34,691 nt of DNA, from assembly GCA_048938445.1 (NCBI GenBank), contig JBHLME010000040.1, positions 1 through 34,691 of the forward strand, given 5' to 3'. The notes under the pieces are model-generated. The model ran no database searches, had not been told where the DNA came from, and saw only the letters and a list, made by a program, of their open reading frames with translations. Source of the DNA: Promethearchaeota archaeon (GTDB taxonomy: Archaea; Asgardarchaeota; Lokiarchaeia; Sigyniarchaeales; SOKP01). Of this stretch, positions 18,325-27,582 are shown one piece after another. Within the stretch, counting starts at the first letter, position 1, and each line of letters starts with the position of its first letter. The position numbers and the translations under genes were made by a program.

Positions 18325-19242
18325 ATGGCAAAAGAGAATACATTTGCGTTTTTTTTAGGCTGTATTATGCCAAATCGTTATCCTCAAATTGAAAAGGCTA
18401 CAAAATTTGTAATGGAGAAATTAGGGTATGAACTTTTAGATATGGAACGTGCAGCATGCTGTCCCGCTCCAGGAGTATTTAGGTCATTTAATAAAGTGGA
18501 TTGGATGGTTCATGCTGCAAGAAATTTATGCATTGCTGAAAAAATGGATGCTGACATTTTAACTGTTTGTAATGGATGTTTTGGCACGCTCCAAGAAGTA
18601 AACAAGCGTCTTAAAGAAGATGAAACCTTGAGAATTAAAGTAAATGACAAGTTGAAACAAATAGGAGATTATGAATATAAAGGAACGATTGAAGTTCGTC
18701 ATATCGCAGAAGTGTTGGGGTATGATGTAGGTCCCTGGGGTATTGAAGATTTAATCGTCAGAAAAGTAGATTTAAAGGCTGCAGTTCATTATGGATGCCA
18801 TTTCTTGAAACCTACGAAGATAAGAGAAATTGCAAGTTCAGAAAATCCAACTCTTATTGAAGAATTCATAGAAGTAATGGGTGTAAAATCTGTTCCATTT
18901 AAAGAACAATTAACATGTTGCGGTGCGGGCGGTGGAGTAAAAGCCTATGATGGAAATTCAAGTATGACGATTTTCGGTGAAAAAATGAAAAATATAGACG
19001 AAGTGAAACCTGACATCATATTAGATATATGCCCTTTCTGCCATCTGCAGTTTGAAACCGGTCAAGATTACTTGAATAAGAATAAAAATTGTAATTATGA
19101 TTATCCTGTCATCCATCTCTCACAATTAACAGCCTATTGTTTAGGACTGGATCAAGAATTCATAGGTCTCAAGTATCAAATGATGGGAAAAGAATTCATA
19201 TTTGGTGGAGAGATGATTAACGAGAAGGAGGAGGCGATTTAA
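18325..19242 (+). CDS. hdrB: Heterodisulfide reductase subunit B
   Basis: FLGCIMP.RYP, CCPAPG, CNGC, HYGCH, CCGAGGG, CPFCHLQF (two CCG domains). Confidence 0.95.
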   Translation: MAKENTFAFFLGCIMPNRYPQIEKATKFVMEKLGYELLDMERAACCPAPGVFRSFNKVDWMVHAARNLCIAEKMDADILTVCNGCFGTLQEVNKRLKEDETLRIKVNDKLKQIGDYEYKGTIEVRHIAEVLGYDVGPWGIEDLIVRKVDLKAAVHYGCHFLKPTKIREIASSENPTLIEEFIEVMGVKSVPFKEQLTCCGAGGGVKAYDGNSSMTIFGEKMKNIDEVKPDIILDICPFCHLQFETGQDYLNKNKNCNYDYPVIHLSQLTAYCLGLDQEFIGLKYQMMGKEFIFGGEMINEKEEAI

Positions 19243-21276
19243 TTGACAGAAAAAGCACAAAAAGTAAAATCTAAAATAACAGAAGCTGATAAGAGTTCTA
19301 AGGAAGAAGAGGAAGAACCAAGAATTGGTGTTTATGTATGCCATTGTGGACATAACATAGCTGGTACGGTAGATGTTGCAAAAGTTGCTGAATATGCTTC
19401 AACTTTACCTAATGTTGTTGAAGCCAAACATTACATGTTCATGTGCTCAAAACCAGGAGTTCAACTCTTAAAAGATGCGATTAAAGAAAATGGAGTTAAC
19501 AGAACTGTCGTTGCTTCATGTTCAAAAAACCAACATGGAAGAACTTTTGCTAGGACAATTGAAGAAATGGGACTGAACAAGCACTTACACCAACAAGTAA
19601 ATGTAAGAGAATTTTGTAGTTGGGTTCATCAAAAAGATAAAAATAAAGCGACGGAAAAAGCAAAAAAGTTAGTAGAAGCTGGAGTGAACCGAGCACGAAA
19701 ATTAGAAGAAGTACAAACTAAACGAATTCCAACAACTAAAGCAGCACTAGTAATCGGAGGAGGAATAGCAGGACTTAGATCTGCTTATGATATGGCAGAA
19801 TTGGGAATTCCTGTTTATTTAGTGGAGAGAGAATCTACTATCGGGGGTCACATGACTCGATTAAACAAGACTTTTCCAACGAATGAATGTCCTCAATGTA
19901 GCATTTCTCCACTCACAAATGGTGTTGCGAACCATCCATTAATTACACTCTATACTAATGCTCAAATTAAAAATGTTGAAGGAACAATGGGTAATTATGA
20001 AATAGAAATTGAGATTAAACCTCGTTATGTGAAAGATAATTGTACATCATGTGGAGAATGTGCGGCAAACTGTCCCGTTGAGGTTCCATCTGAATGGGAC
20101 AAGGGGATGTCAACACGGGGTGCAATTTATAAAGCATATCCTCAAGCAATTCCCGCGACATATGTGAGAGATAAGAAAACATGCATTGAATGTAATACAT
20201 GTATTCGTGTATGTCCCGTTCAAGCAGTTGATTTTTCGATGAAACCTGAAACAAAAACTTTCAAGGTTGGTTCAATCGTCGTGGCTGCTGGTTATGAAGA
20301 ATATGACCCAAGTGAAATAGAGCCATACCATTATGGTCAAGAAGGTTATGAGGACGTGATCACGCAATTACAATTAGAACGCATACTCGGTCCAACCTCA
20401 TTGACTGGAAGTGAAGTATTGAGACCCTCTGATGGGAAAATTCCCAAATATATAGTAATGATACAATGTGTTGGAAGTAGAAACGAACAAGTTGGAAATA
20501 AATATTGTACTGGTGTCTGCTGTAAATTTGCAACGAAAAATGCAGGTATAGTTAAAGACATGTACCCTGATTCGGACGTGACCATTTGTTATATTGATAT
20601 GAGAACGCCTGGATTAAATTTTGAGGAGTATTATAAAGATACTCAAGAGAAAGGCGTGAGATTCATAAGAGGTCGACCTTCTGAGATTTTAAAAGATCCC
20701 ATTTCAGGGCAACTTTATGTCATTGTAGAAGATACATTAAGTCAAACTCCTTTAAGATTGAAAGCAGATCTAGTGGTTTTATCAGCAGCAATGGTACCAC
20801 CCCAAGGTATAGGTCCTTTAGGATCTAAATTGAAGATTTTGCGTTCAAAAGAAGGTTTTTTTAAGGAATTTCACATCAAGATGAATCCTACCGCAAGTAG
20901 TAAAGGTGGTATTTACTTGGCAGGAACTATCCAAGGTCCAAAAGATATATCAGAGACCGTGGCACACGCAGGTAATGCGGCTGCTCTCGCGGCTCAACCC
21001 TTAGTGAAAGGATACATTGAAAAAGAAATGCTCATTCCTTCAATAGATTATGATTTATGCATGGATTGCGGAATGTGTGTGACTGCTTGTAATCCTGCTG
21101 CAATTAGCATGAATGAAGAAGGACGCCCCGTAGTTAATGAAGTTGCGTGTCGTTCTTGTGGAATGTGTATGCCTGCGTGTCCTACAGGAGCTATTCAATT
21201 GTTAAATTTTAGTGATGATCAGTTATTAGATGAAATCATTCCAATTTCAGGTGGAGGTGTTGTTTGTAATGAGTAG
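19243..21276 (+). CDS. hdrA: Heterodisulfide reductase subunit A (bifurcating flavoprotein)
   Basis: RIGVYVCHCG.NIAG, GGGIAG, KTFPT.EC..C, inserted and C-terminal ferredoxins, QCVGSR...YC..VCC, QGPKDI. Confidence 0.95.
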   Translation: MTEKAQKVKSKITEADKSSKEEEEEPRIGVYVCHCGHNIAGTVDVAKVAEYASTLPNVVEAKHYMFMCSKPGVQLLKDAIKENGVNRTVVASCSKNQHGRTFARTIEEMGLNKHLHQQVNVREFCSWVHQKDKNKATEKAKKLVEAGVNRARKLEEVQTKRIPTTKAALVIGGGIAGLRSAYDMAELGIPVYLVERESTIGGHMTRLNKTFPTNECPQCSISPLTNGVANHPLITLYTNAQIKNVEGTMGNYEIEIEIKPRYVKDNCTSCGECAANCPVEVPSEWDKGMSTRGAIYKAYPQAIPATYVRDKKTCIECNTCIRVCPVQAVDFSMKPETKTFKVGSIVVAAGYEEYDPSEIEPYHYGQEGYEDVITQLQLERILGPTSLTGSEVLRPSDGKIPKYIVMIQCVGSRNEQVGNKYCTGVCCKFATKNAGIVKDMYPDSDVTICYIDMRTPGLNFEEYYKDTQEKGVRFIRGRPSEILKDPISGQLYVIVEDTLSQTPLRLKADLVVLSAAMVPPQGIGPLGSKLKILRSKEGFFKEFHIKMNPTASSKGGIYLAGTIQGPKDISETVAHAGNAAALAAQPLVKGYIEKEMLIPSIDYDLCMDCGMCVTACNPAAISMNEEGRPVVNEVACRSCGMCMPACPTGAIQLLNFSDDQLLDEIIPISGGGVVCNE

Positions 21277-21715
21277 CTGTGAAGAAAATGAATGTGAAGG
21301 ACAATATGAAAATATAGTTGTATTTATGTGTAATGAGTGCGGTCAAGGTTCTGCTAATACCGCAGGTGTTGGAAGGATGGCTTATGATCCAGCTGTGAGA
21401 ATTGTTAGAGTTCAGTGCACAGGTCAAGTTGGTCCAACTCAGATAATGGATGCGTTAAATAACGGTGCTGATGCAGTTGCTTGTGTTGGATGCTGTATTG
21501 GAGCTTGTCACTTCTTCAACGGTAATCTCTTATCAATGCGTAGAATCAAGTTAATGAAGAAGCTTTTTAAAGAACTTGGATATAGTGATCAATTCGTAAA
21601 TCAATATACTTCTAGAGCTGCAGAAGGAGAGACAGCAGTTGGAGATTTTGATGATATTGTAGAAAGATTATGTACGGCTATAAAAGATGGAGGTACGTTT
21701 GAAAATGTATGTTAA
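21269..21715 (+). CDS. mvhD: MvhD/FlpD [2Fe-2S] subunit
   Basis: F.CNEC, RVQCTG, GADAV...GC..G.CHF..GN; start ATG 21269 after GGAGGTG SD. Confidence 0.88.
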   Translation: MSSCEENECEGQYENIVVFMCNECGQGSANTAGVGRMAYDPAVRIVRVQCTGQVGPTQIMDALNNGADAVACVGCCIGACHFFNGNLLSMRRIKLMKKLFKELGYSDQFVNQYTSRAAEGETAVGDFDDIVERLCTAIKDGGTFENVC

Positions 21716-22946
21716 AATATTTCAATTTAATGGATGTAATAAATGTTTCAATGAAACTTTATTGTTAAAAAAGCAATCAGGTATGGATGTCGAATTAATC
21801 TCAAATCCAAGTACATGGAAGGAAGATAAGATTGACATTGCAGTCATAACTGGGTATTTATTACCCAAAGATAAGGATGTAATTGCGAAAATACAATCAA
21901 GTGCAGAAAAAATAATAGCATATGGTGATTGTACTACTACGGGTGGAATTTTTGGACTCGCCAACCAAAAAGGAGCCGAAGTCACACCTCTTTTAAAATA
22001 TATTCCAAGTGCTCTTAACATAAATGGTTGTTTGGCTGAAATTGAAGAATTAACAACAACGATTAAAGGAGAAGATAAACCTAAGTTGAAGATTTTATGT
22101 AAGGTTTGTAAAAGAAGATCAACTTGTGAATATTTAGATGAGGTCCTCAGGCAAATTGATCCATCTGAAGATGAAGAATCATGTTTTAATGATTTAGGTT
22201 TTCAATGTAATGGTTATATTGCCCTGGAATGTAAAGAAAGATGCGTTGACTATGGTACACAATGTCGTGGGTGTAAACCATTGGGAACACGATCAGGAAT
22301 TCGAATGTTGGGTATGTTTGGAACCTTGATGGGTAATGTTGAAGTTGCTACAGAAGCCTCTAAATATGGTGCCACGGATAAATTGGCAGATCAAGATGAT
22401 GATATGACCGCCAGTCTCCCAGATATTGTAGGAAATTTCTTTAGATTTACCCTTCCTACTTCAGGATTACCAAAAGGAAGAATTCCTTCAAAAGGAAGTA
22501 TTTTAGAGGATGTGTTTTCTGATAGACTTATTGAAGAATTCCCCCTCATAACAGGGTTACTTGGAGGAGATAAATCAATCTCAATAACACTAAGTATTAT
22601 CGAAGCCTATGAAAAGGGGACTGGTATCGAAGTTGGTGAACAAACAAAGAAATTCAGGGAAGAATTGCGAAATCTTGAAAAACAATTACAAGAAGCGATT
22701 AAATCTTCTGATGCTGATAAATATAAAGAAATCACTGATAAAATTAGAAATATTGCGGGAAACATGAATTTATCAAATGTCTTTTATGGTGGGTTTAAAA
22801 CACCAATCGAAGGAGCTGATAATTTTGAAGATTATAAAGCAAAACCTTTCGAAATTGTAGAAGGGACTTATAAAAATGGAATTGTCGAGTATAACATCGA
22901 TTCGACAGGCATAATTAAAGAAATAAAAATTAAGGAGGAAAAATAA
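21705..22946 (+). CDS. Divergent MvhG-like Fe-S protein (hydrogenase small-subunit fold) with C-terminal extension
   Basis: GCNKC, AYGDC...GGI.GL, INGC, LC..CKR, CF...G..C.G.....C...C......CRGC, RFTL as in MvhG/VhuG; about 150-aa helical tail. Confidence 0.72.
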   Translation: MYVKIFQFNGCNKCFNETLLLKKQSGMDVELISNPSTWKEDKIDIAVITGYLLPKDKDVIAKIQSSAEKIIAYGDCTTTGGIFGLANQKGAEVTPLLKYIPSALNINGCLAEIEELTTTIKGEDKPKLKILCKVCKRRSTCEYLDEVLRQIDPSEDEESCFNDLGFQCNGYIALECKERCVDYGTQCRGCKPLGTRSGIRMLGMFGTLMGNVEVATEASKYGATDKLADQDDDMTASLPDIVGNFFRFTLPTSGLPKGRIPSKGSILEDVFSDRLIEEFPLITGLLGGDKSISITLSIIEAYEKGTGIEVGEQTKKFREELRNLEKQLQEAIKSSDADKYKEITDKIRNIAGNMNLSNVFYGGFKTPIEGADNFEDYKAKPFEIVEGTYKNGIVEYNIDSTGIIKEIKIKEEK

Positions 22947-25399
22947 TGAGTTTTCAATTATTAAAAGAAGAAATAATTGATGCTGGACTTTGCCAAGGAT
23001 GCGGGAAGTGTGCAGGAACGTGTAAACATATAGAAATGGAAAATCTACGGCCTACACTTAAAGATTATTGCATTCTTGAACGTGAAGGAATAGATTGTGG
23101 TAGGTGTTATGAAGGATGCCCACAGGTCATTCAGAAAAAGTTTAAAGAACGAGATCCTTTAGAAATATATTCTCTTCGAAGTAAAGATCCAGAAATCCTA
23201 AAAAAAGCCGCAAATGGGGGTTTTATTACCACAATCGCTAAGGAACTGTTAGAAAGCAAGAAATTGGCAGATATAGTAATGGTTCAAAATGATGATGATA
23301 AGCCCATAGCAGATAAAGTATCCGATCCAAATGATGTGATTCAAAAAGCGGGTATCGTGTATGGAAGGTCTGGTGTTCTGGAAAAGTTAATAGAGTTAAC
23401 AGGAGAGACTTATGAACCTCTAGGTATAGTCGGTGTTCCATGTGAAATGCGAGGGGCAGCAGAACTAGAAGATAAGATGAAAATTGATATCTTAAAACTT
23501 GGATTATTTTGTAACTCAAGTATAAGAACAGATTTTACTGATAAGGGGCTTATATGCTCTCCATGCTGTGGTGGTTGCCCATCAGGAGTTAATGCTCAAG
23601 GTTACATCGCTCATATAAGAAATGCAGAATATCAGGAGGCAGTGGATTTAATTCGGGAAAATAATCCACTGCCTTCTATCTGCGGTAGAATTTGTACCCA
23701 TGAATGTGAACATAATTGCACGTTTATTGGCACTGATCATCCAGTTGCTATTCGAGAATTAAAAAAATTCGTTACAGAATGGGAGATGGAAAAAGGTAAA
23801 CAGAAAAAAGCTAAAAAAAAGCCAAAAGGAAAAAAAATAGCAATAATAGGTTCCGGTCCTGCCGGATTGACTGCTGCGTACTATTTAGCAAATAAAGGAT
23901 ATACTCCAACAATATTTGAAAAGTCTGATCAAACTGGAGGAATGTTAAGATTCGGTGTTCCACAATTTAGATTACCTAATTATGTCTTAGATTATGACAT
24001 TCAATCCATAAAAAACGCAGGAGTAGATATTATATTAAATAGGCCTTTTGGGCCCGAATTAACAATTGAAGATCTTAAAAAAGATGGGTTTGAAGCTGTT
24101 TTTATTGCTACTGGTCAGTACAAACCAAGAACTTTAAGTCTTGAAGGTGAAGATCTTCCTAATGTCTATGTTGCCATTAATTTTTTAATTGATAGAAAAT
24201 ATAGATATTGCGAGGATCCAGAAGAATTCAAAGGAAAGACAGTTGGAATTATTGGTGGAGGTCCTGTTGCCGTTGATGTTGCTCAAACGGCCTTGAGGTT
24301 AGGGGCAAAGAAAATACATCTTGTCGATATAGCAACCGAAAAAGATTTAGAGTTAGTCTTGAAAGATATCCCTGAAAATGAATTTGAGTTTATGGAATAC
24401 CATTATACGACTTCTACTTCTAAAATTACTAAAGGGAAAAAAGATCAAATCATATTAAATTGCTATAAAATTGAATGGAGCGATCCCGATGAATCAGGTC
24501 GACGCTCTTTGAACAAGATTGAAAATTCTGATTATGAGATACCTGTTGATGCAATAGTAATAGCTGTTGGACAAGCAGTTGATTTTGATTTAATTGATGC
24601 TGCCACGGATAAGAAAATTAAAAAAGAAAGGAATAAAATAATCGTAGATGAAATTACTTTTGAAACAAACATTCCTGGTGTATTTGCAGGAGGGGATATA
24701 ATAGCAAATTCTAAAGCTGTTGCCATCGCAGCAATTGCTCACGGAAAAGAAGCGGCAATCTCGATCGATCGATATCTGAAGGGAGAAGCTGTTAAAAAAG
24801 GACGTTTTAAGCAAAACAGGATGTTCTTTACTGGACCTAAAAAACCTCCAAAAGATTATTCGCTTAAAGCTTGCTTAGAGGAAGAAGAAAATATCTGGAG
24901 TTTTGAGAACGAAATTGATGCAATGTTTAATGAGGACATGGCATTAAAGGAAGCAAGGCGTTGTTTAAGCTGTAATCATTTTTGTGCTCATTGCCAAGAC
25001 TTTCCAGCTATATATTCAGATCTTACCGCAGGGGAGGTCGGCTCAGAATCAGGATTTACGACAGTTGTAGTATGGACGGAGCAGGGCAAGGAGATTGTCG
25101 AAAATGCAATTAAAAAGGGACTTTTTGAGGAAGGGAAAGTAAACATGGATGAATTGAAAACTGCTATCAAGATAAAATCAAAACGTGACCTTTTAACTTT
25201 TGAAAAAACACCAAGACAACGAGTTTTAGACTATATCACCATCCAAGGACCAAGTACAATTCAAAACATCTCTACAAAATTAAATTTAGAACCAAAACGA
25301 GTAAGACATGAAGCATTAAGATTAGTTCAATTAAATAAATTTGAAATGAAAATCAACCCAGAAATGGGAGAACCAATATTTTCGCTTATGTGCGAATAA
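22946..25399 (+). CDS. FrhB/FdhB-like protein with nested GltD/SudA-type FAD/NAD(P) oxidoreductase and C-terminal winged helix
   Basis: N-terminal ferredoxin + GGF.T + VGVPC + LGLFC (FrhB); CP...NPLP..CGR.C...CE..C, GSGPAG, GVFAGGD, EARRCLSC (GltD-like); C..C.DF....SD...G.VGS..G.T.V (FrhB resumes); wHTH-like tail. Confidence 0.8.
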   Translation: MSFQLLKEEIIDAGLCQGCGKCAGTCKHIEMENLRPTLKDYCILEREGIDCGRCYEGCPQVIQKKFKERDPLEIYSLRSKDPEILKKAANGGFITTIAKELLESKKLADIVMVQNDDDKPIADKVSDPNDVIQKAGIVYGRSGVLEKLIELTGETYEPLGIVGVPCEMRGAAELEDKMKIDILKLGLFCNSSIRTDFTDKGLICSPCCGGCPSGVNAQGYIAHIRNAEYQEAVDLIRENNPLPSICGRICTHECEHNCTFIGTDHPVAIRELKKFVTEWEMEKGKQKKAKKKPKGKKIAIIGSGPAGLTAAYYLANKGYTPTIFEKSDQTGGMLRFGVPQFRLPNYVLDYDIQSIKNAGVDIILNRPFGPELTIEDLKKDGFEAVFIATGQYKPRTLSLEGEDLPNVYVAINFLIDRKYRYCEDPEEFKGKTVGIIGGGPVAVDVAQTALRLGAKKIHLVDIATEKDLELVLKDIPENEFEFMEYHYTTSTSKITKGKKDQIILNCYKIEWSDPDESGRRSLNKIENSDYEIPVDAIVIAVGQAVDFDLIDAATDKKIKKERNKIIVDEITFETNIPGVFAGGDIIANSKAVAIAAIAHGKEAAISIDRYLKGEAVKKGRFKQNRMFFTGPKKPPKDYSLKACLEEEENIWSFENEIDAMFNEDMALKEARRCLSCNHFCAHCQDFPAIYSDLTAGEVGSESGFTTVVVWTEQGKEIVENAIKKGLFEEGKVNMDELKTAIKIKSKRDLLTFEKTPRQRVLDYITIQGPSTIQNISTKLNLEPKRVRHEALRLVQLNKFEMKINPEMGEPIFSLMCE

Positions 25400-25498
25400 A
25401 CTTTTTTATTTTTAAATATACTTTTCTTTTAATTTTTACTTTAATCAAGTAAATCTAAAGTAATTTAAAGATTAAAAAAATTAATGCAGGAATATCTT

Positions 25499-26239
25499 TC
25501 ATAGTTCTTTTAATAATTTTATTTTAATAAAAAACTTTTGAGCTGGTTCGGGCATTACCCATCCCATATAAATAGTTATAAAATTAAGTATTAAGAAAAT
25601 CCGTACAATAATTACCCCTATAGTTATCAAAGGAACGACGGCATCAAGTATAGCTAATATTGCATATGTTGTATAGCTTAAAAACAATATCTGGCCTTTT
25701 AATTTAACTAATGGATTATCAGATTTCATAGATCTCACTGAAACCCAAATTCCTGTTAATGTAATAGTCATGAGGATTAATATCAAAAATGTCATTACGA
25801 ATCCAAAATATTGTACATTCAAATGATATCGATCCAATTCACCTATTGAATGAGGGGTAAAGAAAAGCATTAATAAAAATCCTACCTGAAAAACACCTAA
25901 AATGACTGCGTAAACAACCAATAGAATCTTGTTTTTTCCTTCAAATAACAATATATTTAATGCAATTATCCAGGCATAGGTTAATATGGGGGCAAAAGCA
26001 TTTCCAAGGAAAAAATAGATTTGATCTGGAAGGGGTTGATTGAGTATGACATTGCTAAGAAAAGACACTGAAGAAGGCCACCAAGGACAACCAGCTCCTA
26101 ATAATGTAAGTCCTACAAAGATAAATGTTTTATCCTTATATTTAAAATATCTTAGTATCACTAATATTCCTATAATCATATTTGCAATAACATAAAGTAA
26201 GCTAAACAAACCTTCAATAAATTCATTTGGACCTAACAT
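25499..26239 (-). CDS. Hypothetical 7-TM membrane protein (paralog A)
   Basis: Seven hydrophobic segments; CPWWPSSVSFL motif shared with 27583-28335. Confidence 0.75.
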   Translation of the reverse strand: MLGPNEFIEGLFSLLYVIANMIIGILVILRYFKYKDKTFIFVGLTLLGAGCPWWPSSVSFLSNVILNQPLPDQIYFFLGNAFAPILTYAWIIALNILLFEGKNKILLVVYAVILGVFQVGFLLMLFFTPHSIGELDRYHLNVQYFGFVMTFLILILMTITLTGIWVSVRSMKSDNPLVKLKGQILFLSYTTYAILAILDAVVPLITIGVIIVRIFLILNFITIYMGWVMPEPAQKFFIKIKLLKEL

Positions 26240-26351
26240 TGACCATAATAAATAATTTGAGATAAGAGTTTTCTTAACTTTTAATATACTAATAAAAATA
26301 TTTAAATACTTATATAATTCGATTTTATCAATTATATATTAGATAGTATGG

Positions 26352-27212
26352 TTATAATAACCCAAAAAAATCAATCACTTTAGTAGGTCTGTTTAAATTA
26401 GTTGAAAAATAATTTTCAATAATATCCAATAGGAATTCTAAATAGGGAACTTGTATAGTAATCTTAAAAATATTATTTAAATAGAGCATTGCATCCTTTA
26501 TTCTAAATTGTTGACCTTTCTTCTGAGTTTGATGAAACTTGAGGATTTGATGTATAAATTTTTCAATTTTGTAGATTTCATTTTTAAGTAAAATCAAACC
26601 TGATACTTCATCATATTCCTCATAAAATTGATGTACAATAACTTGTTCGATTTTTAATTTTGAATTTTCAAGTATTCTTTTATCATCATTTATGACTTTT
26701 CTTCCATCAATTATTACATGATTCTTATAATTCTTTTTGCTTTTTTTATATTCTTTACGTGATAAAAAAATGATATCTAAATTGAATGTGTCTCCAAAAA
26801 TATACTCTAAAAATTTAAGATAATGAATATTTAAAAAATCCTGATCAGAAATATATAATAGTTTTCCACCCATTAGCACGACTCTAATAATATTTGCTAA
26901 TACTGAAGGCAAGAGATTTATTTTAATAAGATTAATATCAAAATTTTTTAGTCTATCATAATCATCTAATTCTGGAACAGTTATTTGTGGTAGCATGATT
27001 TTAAAATCACAGACATAACAATCCCTGATATCTAAATTATTATCTATATAAGTAATAAAAGAATGTTCACATATGGTATTTTCTGTGATATTCACTGCTG
27101 TAATCCCTCTTTCATTTTCAGTGACTTTATTTTTTTCTATATTAATTTGTCCTGAAGCTATGCATACTGGACATCGAACCTTAATTGCGACTGACTGATC
27201 CTTAGAAGACAC
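26352..27212 (-). CDS. Hypothetical protein with N-terminal CPxC...CxHSF putative Zn-binding domain (paralog A)
   Basis: RCPVC, CEHSFI.YID.NL..RD; same length (286 aa) as 28579-29439. Confidence 0.75.
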   Translation of the reverse strand: MSSKDQSVAIKVRCPVCIASGQINIEKNKVTENERGITAVNITENTICEHSFITYIDNNLDIRDCYVCDFKIMLPQITVPELDDYDRLKNFDINLIKINLLPSVLANIIRVVLMGGKLLYISDQDFLNIHYLKFLEYIFGDTFNLDIIFLSRKEYKKSKKNYKNHVIIDGRKVINDDKRILENSKLKIEQVIVHQFYEEYDEVSGLILLKNEIYKIEKFIHQILKFHQTQKKGQQFRIKDAMLYLNNIFKITIQVPYLEFLLDIIENYFSTNLNRPTKVIDFFGLL

Positions 27213-27582
27213 CTATCTATACCTGGTAATAATAAAGACTTATTTTATTAATATCATTTCAGGTATTTAAAAAATAGTGTTTTACCTATTTTTATTTTCG
27301 AAAAAATATAAGCAACGCATCAACAAACCTTAAATCTACCAAAAAAATAATTGATGGTATTAAAGAATTAGATTTTATGAAAAAAAATTGAAATTAAATT
27401 ATTAGATGCATTTTATTTTATTGATTCTACAATGAGTTATTTTATTTTTAAAACAAAAGAATTAATTTTTAAATTAAAATTGTAAATTTTTTCCTAAATT
27501 AATATTATATTATCTTTTTATGACCATAGCTAGGCTGTTAATATTCTATTATAAAAAAAATTAGGATTATATTCTAATTTCG

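Noticed and set aside
15874-21276. Canonical sHdr sulfur-oxidation locus or methanogenesis marker
   Set aside because: No hdrC1B1A-hyp-C2B2 layout, lbpA or lipoylation genes; HdrA is full methanogen-type; no mcr/mtr in the window
19243-21715. Selenocysteine recoding in HdrA/MvhD (known selenoproteins in some archaea)
   Set aside because: Both frames are uninterrupted with Cys at the usual positions (PTNECPQC; CNEC, GCCIGAC); no in-frame TGA
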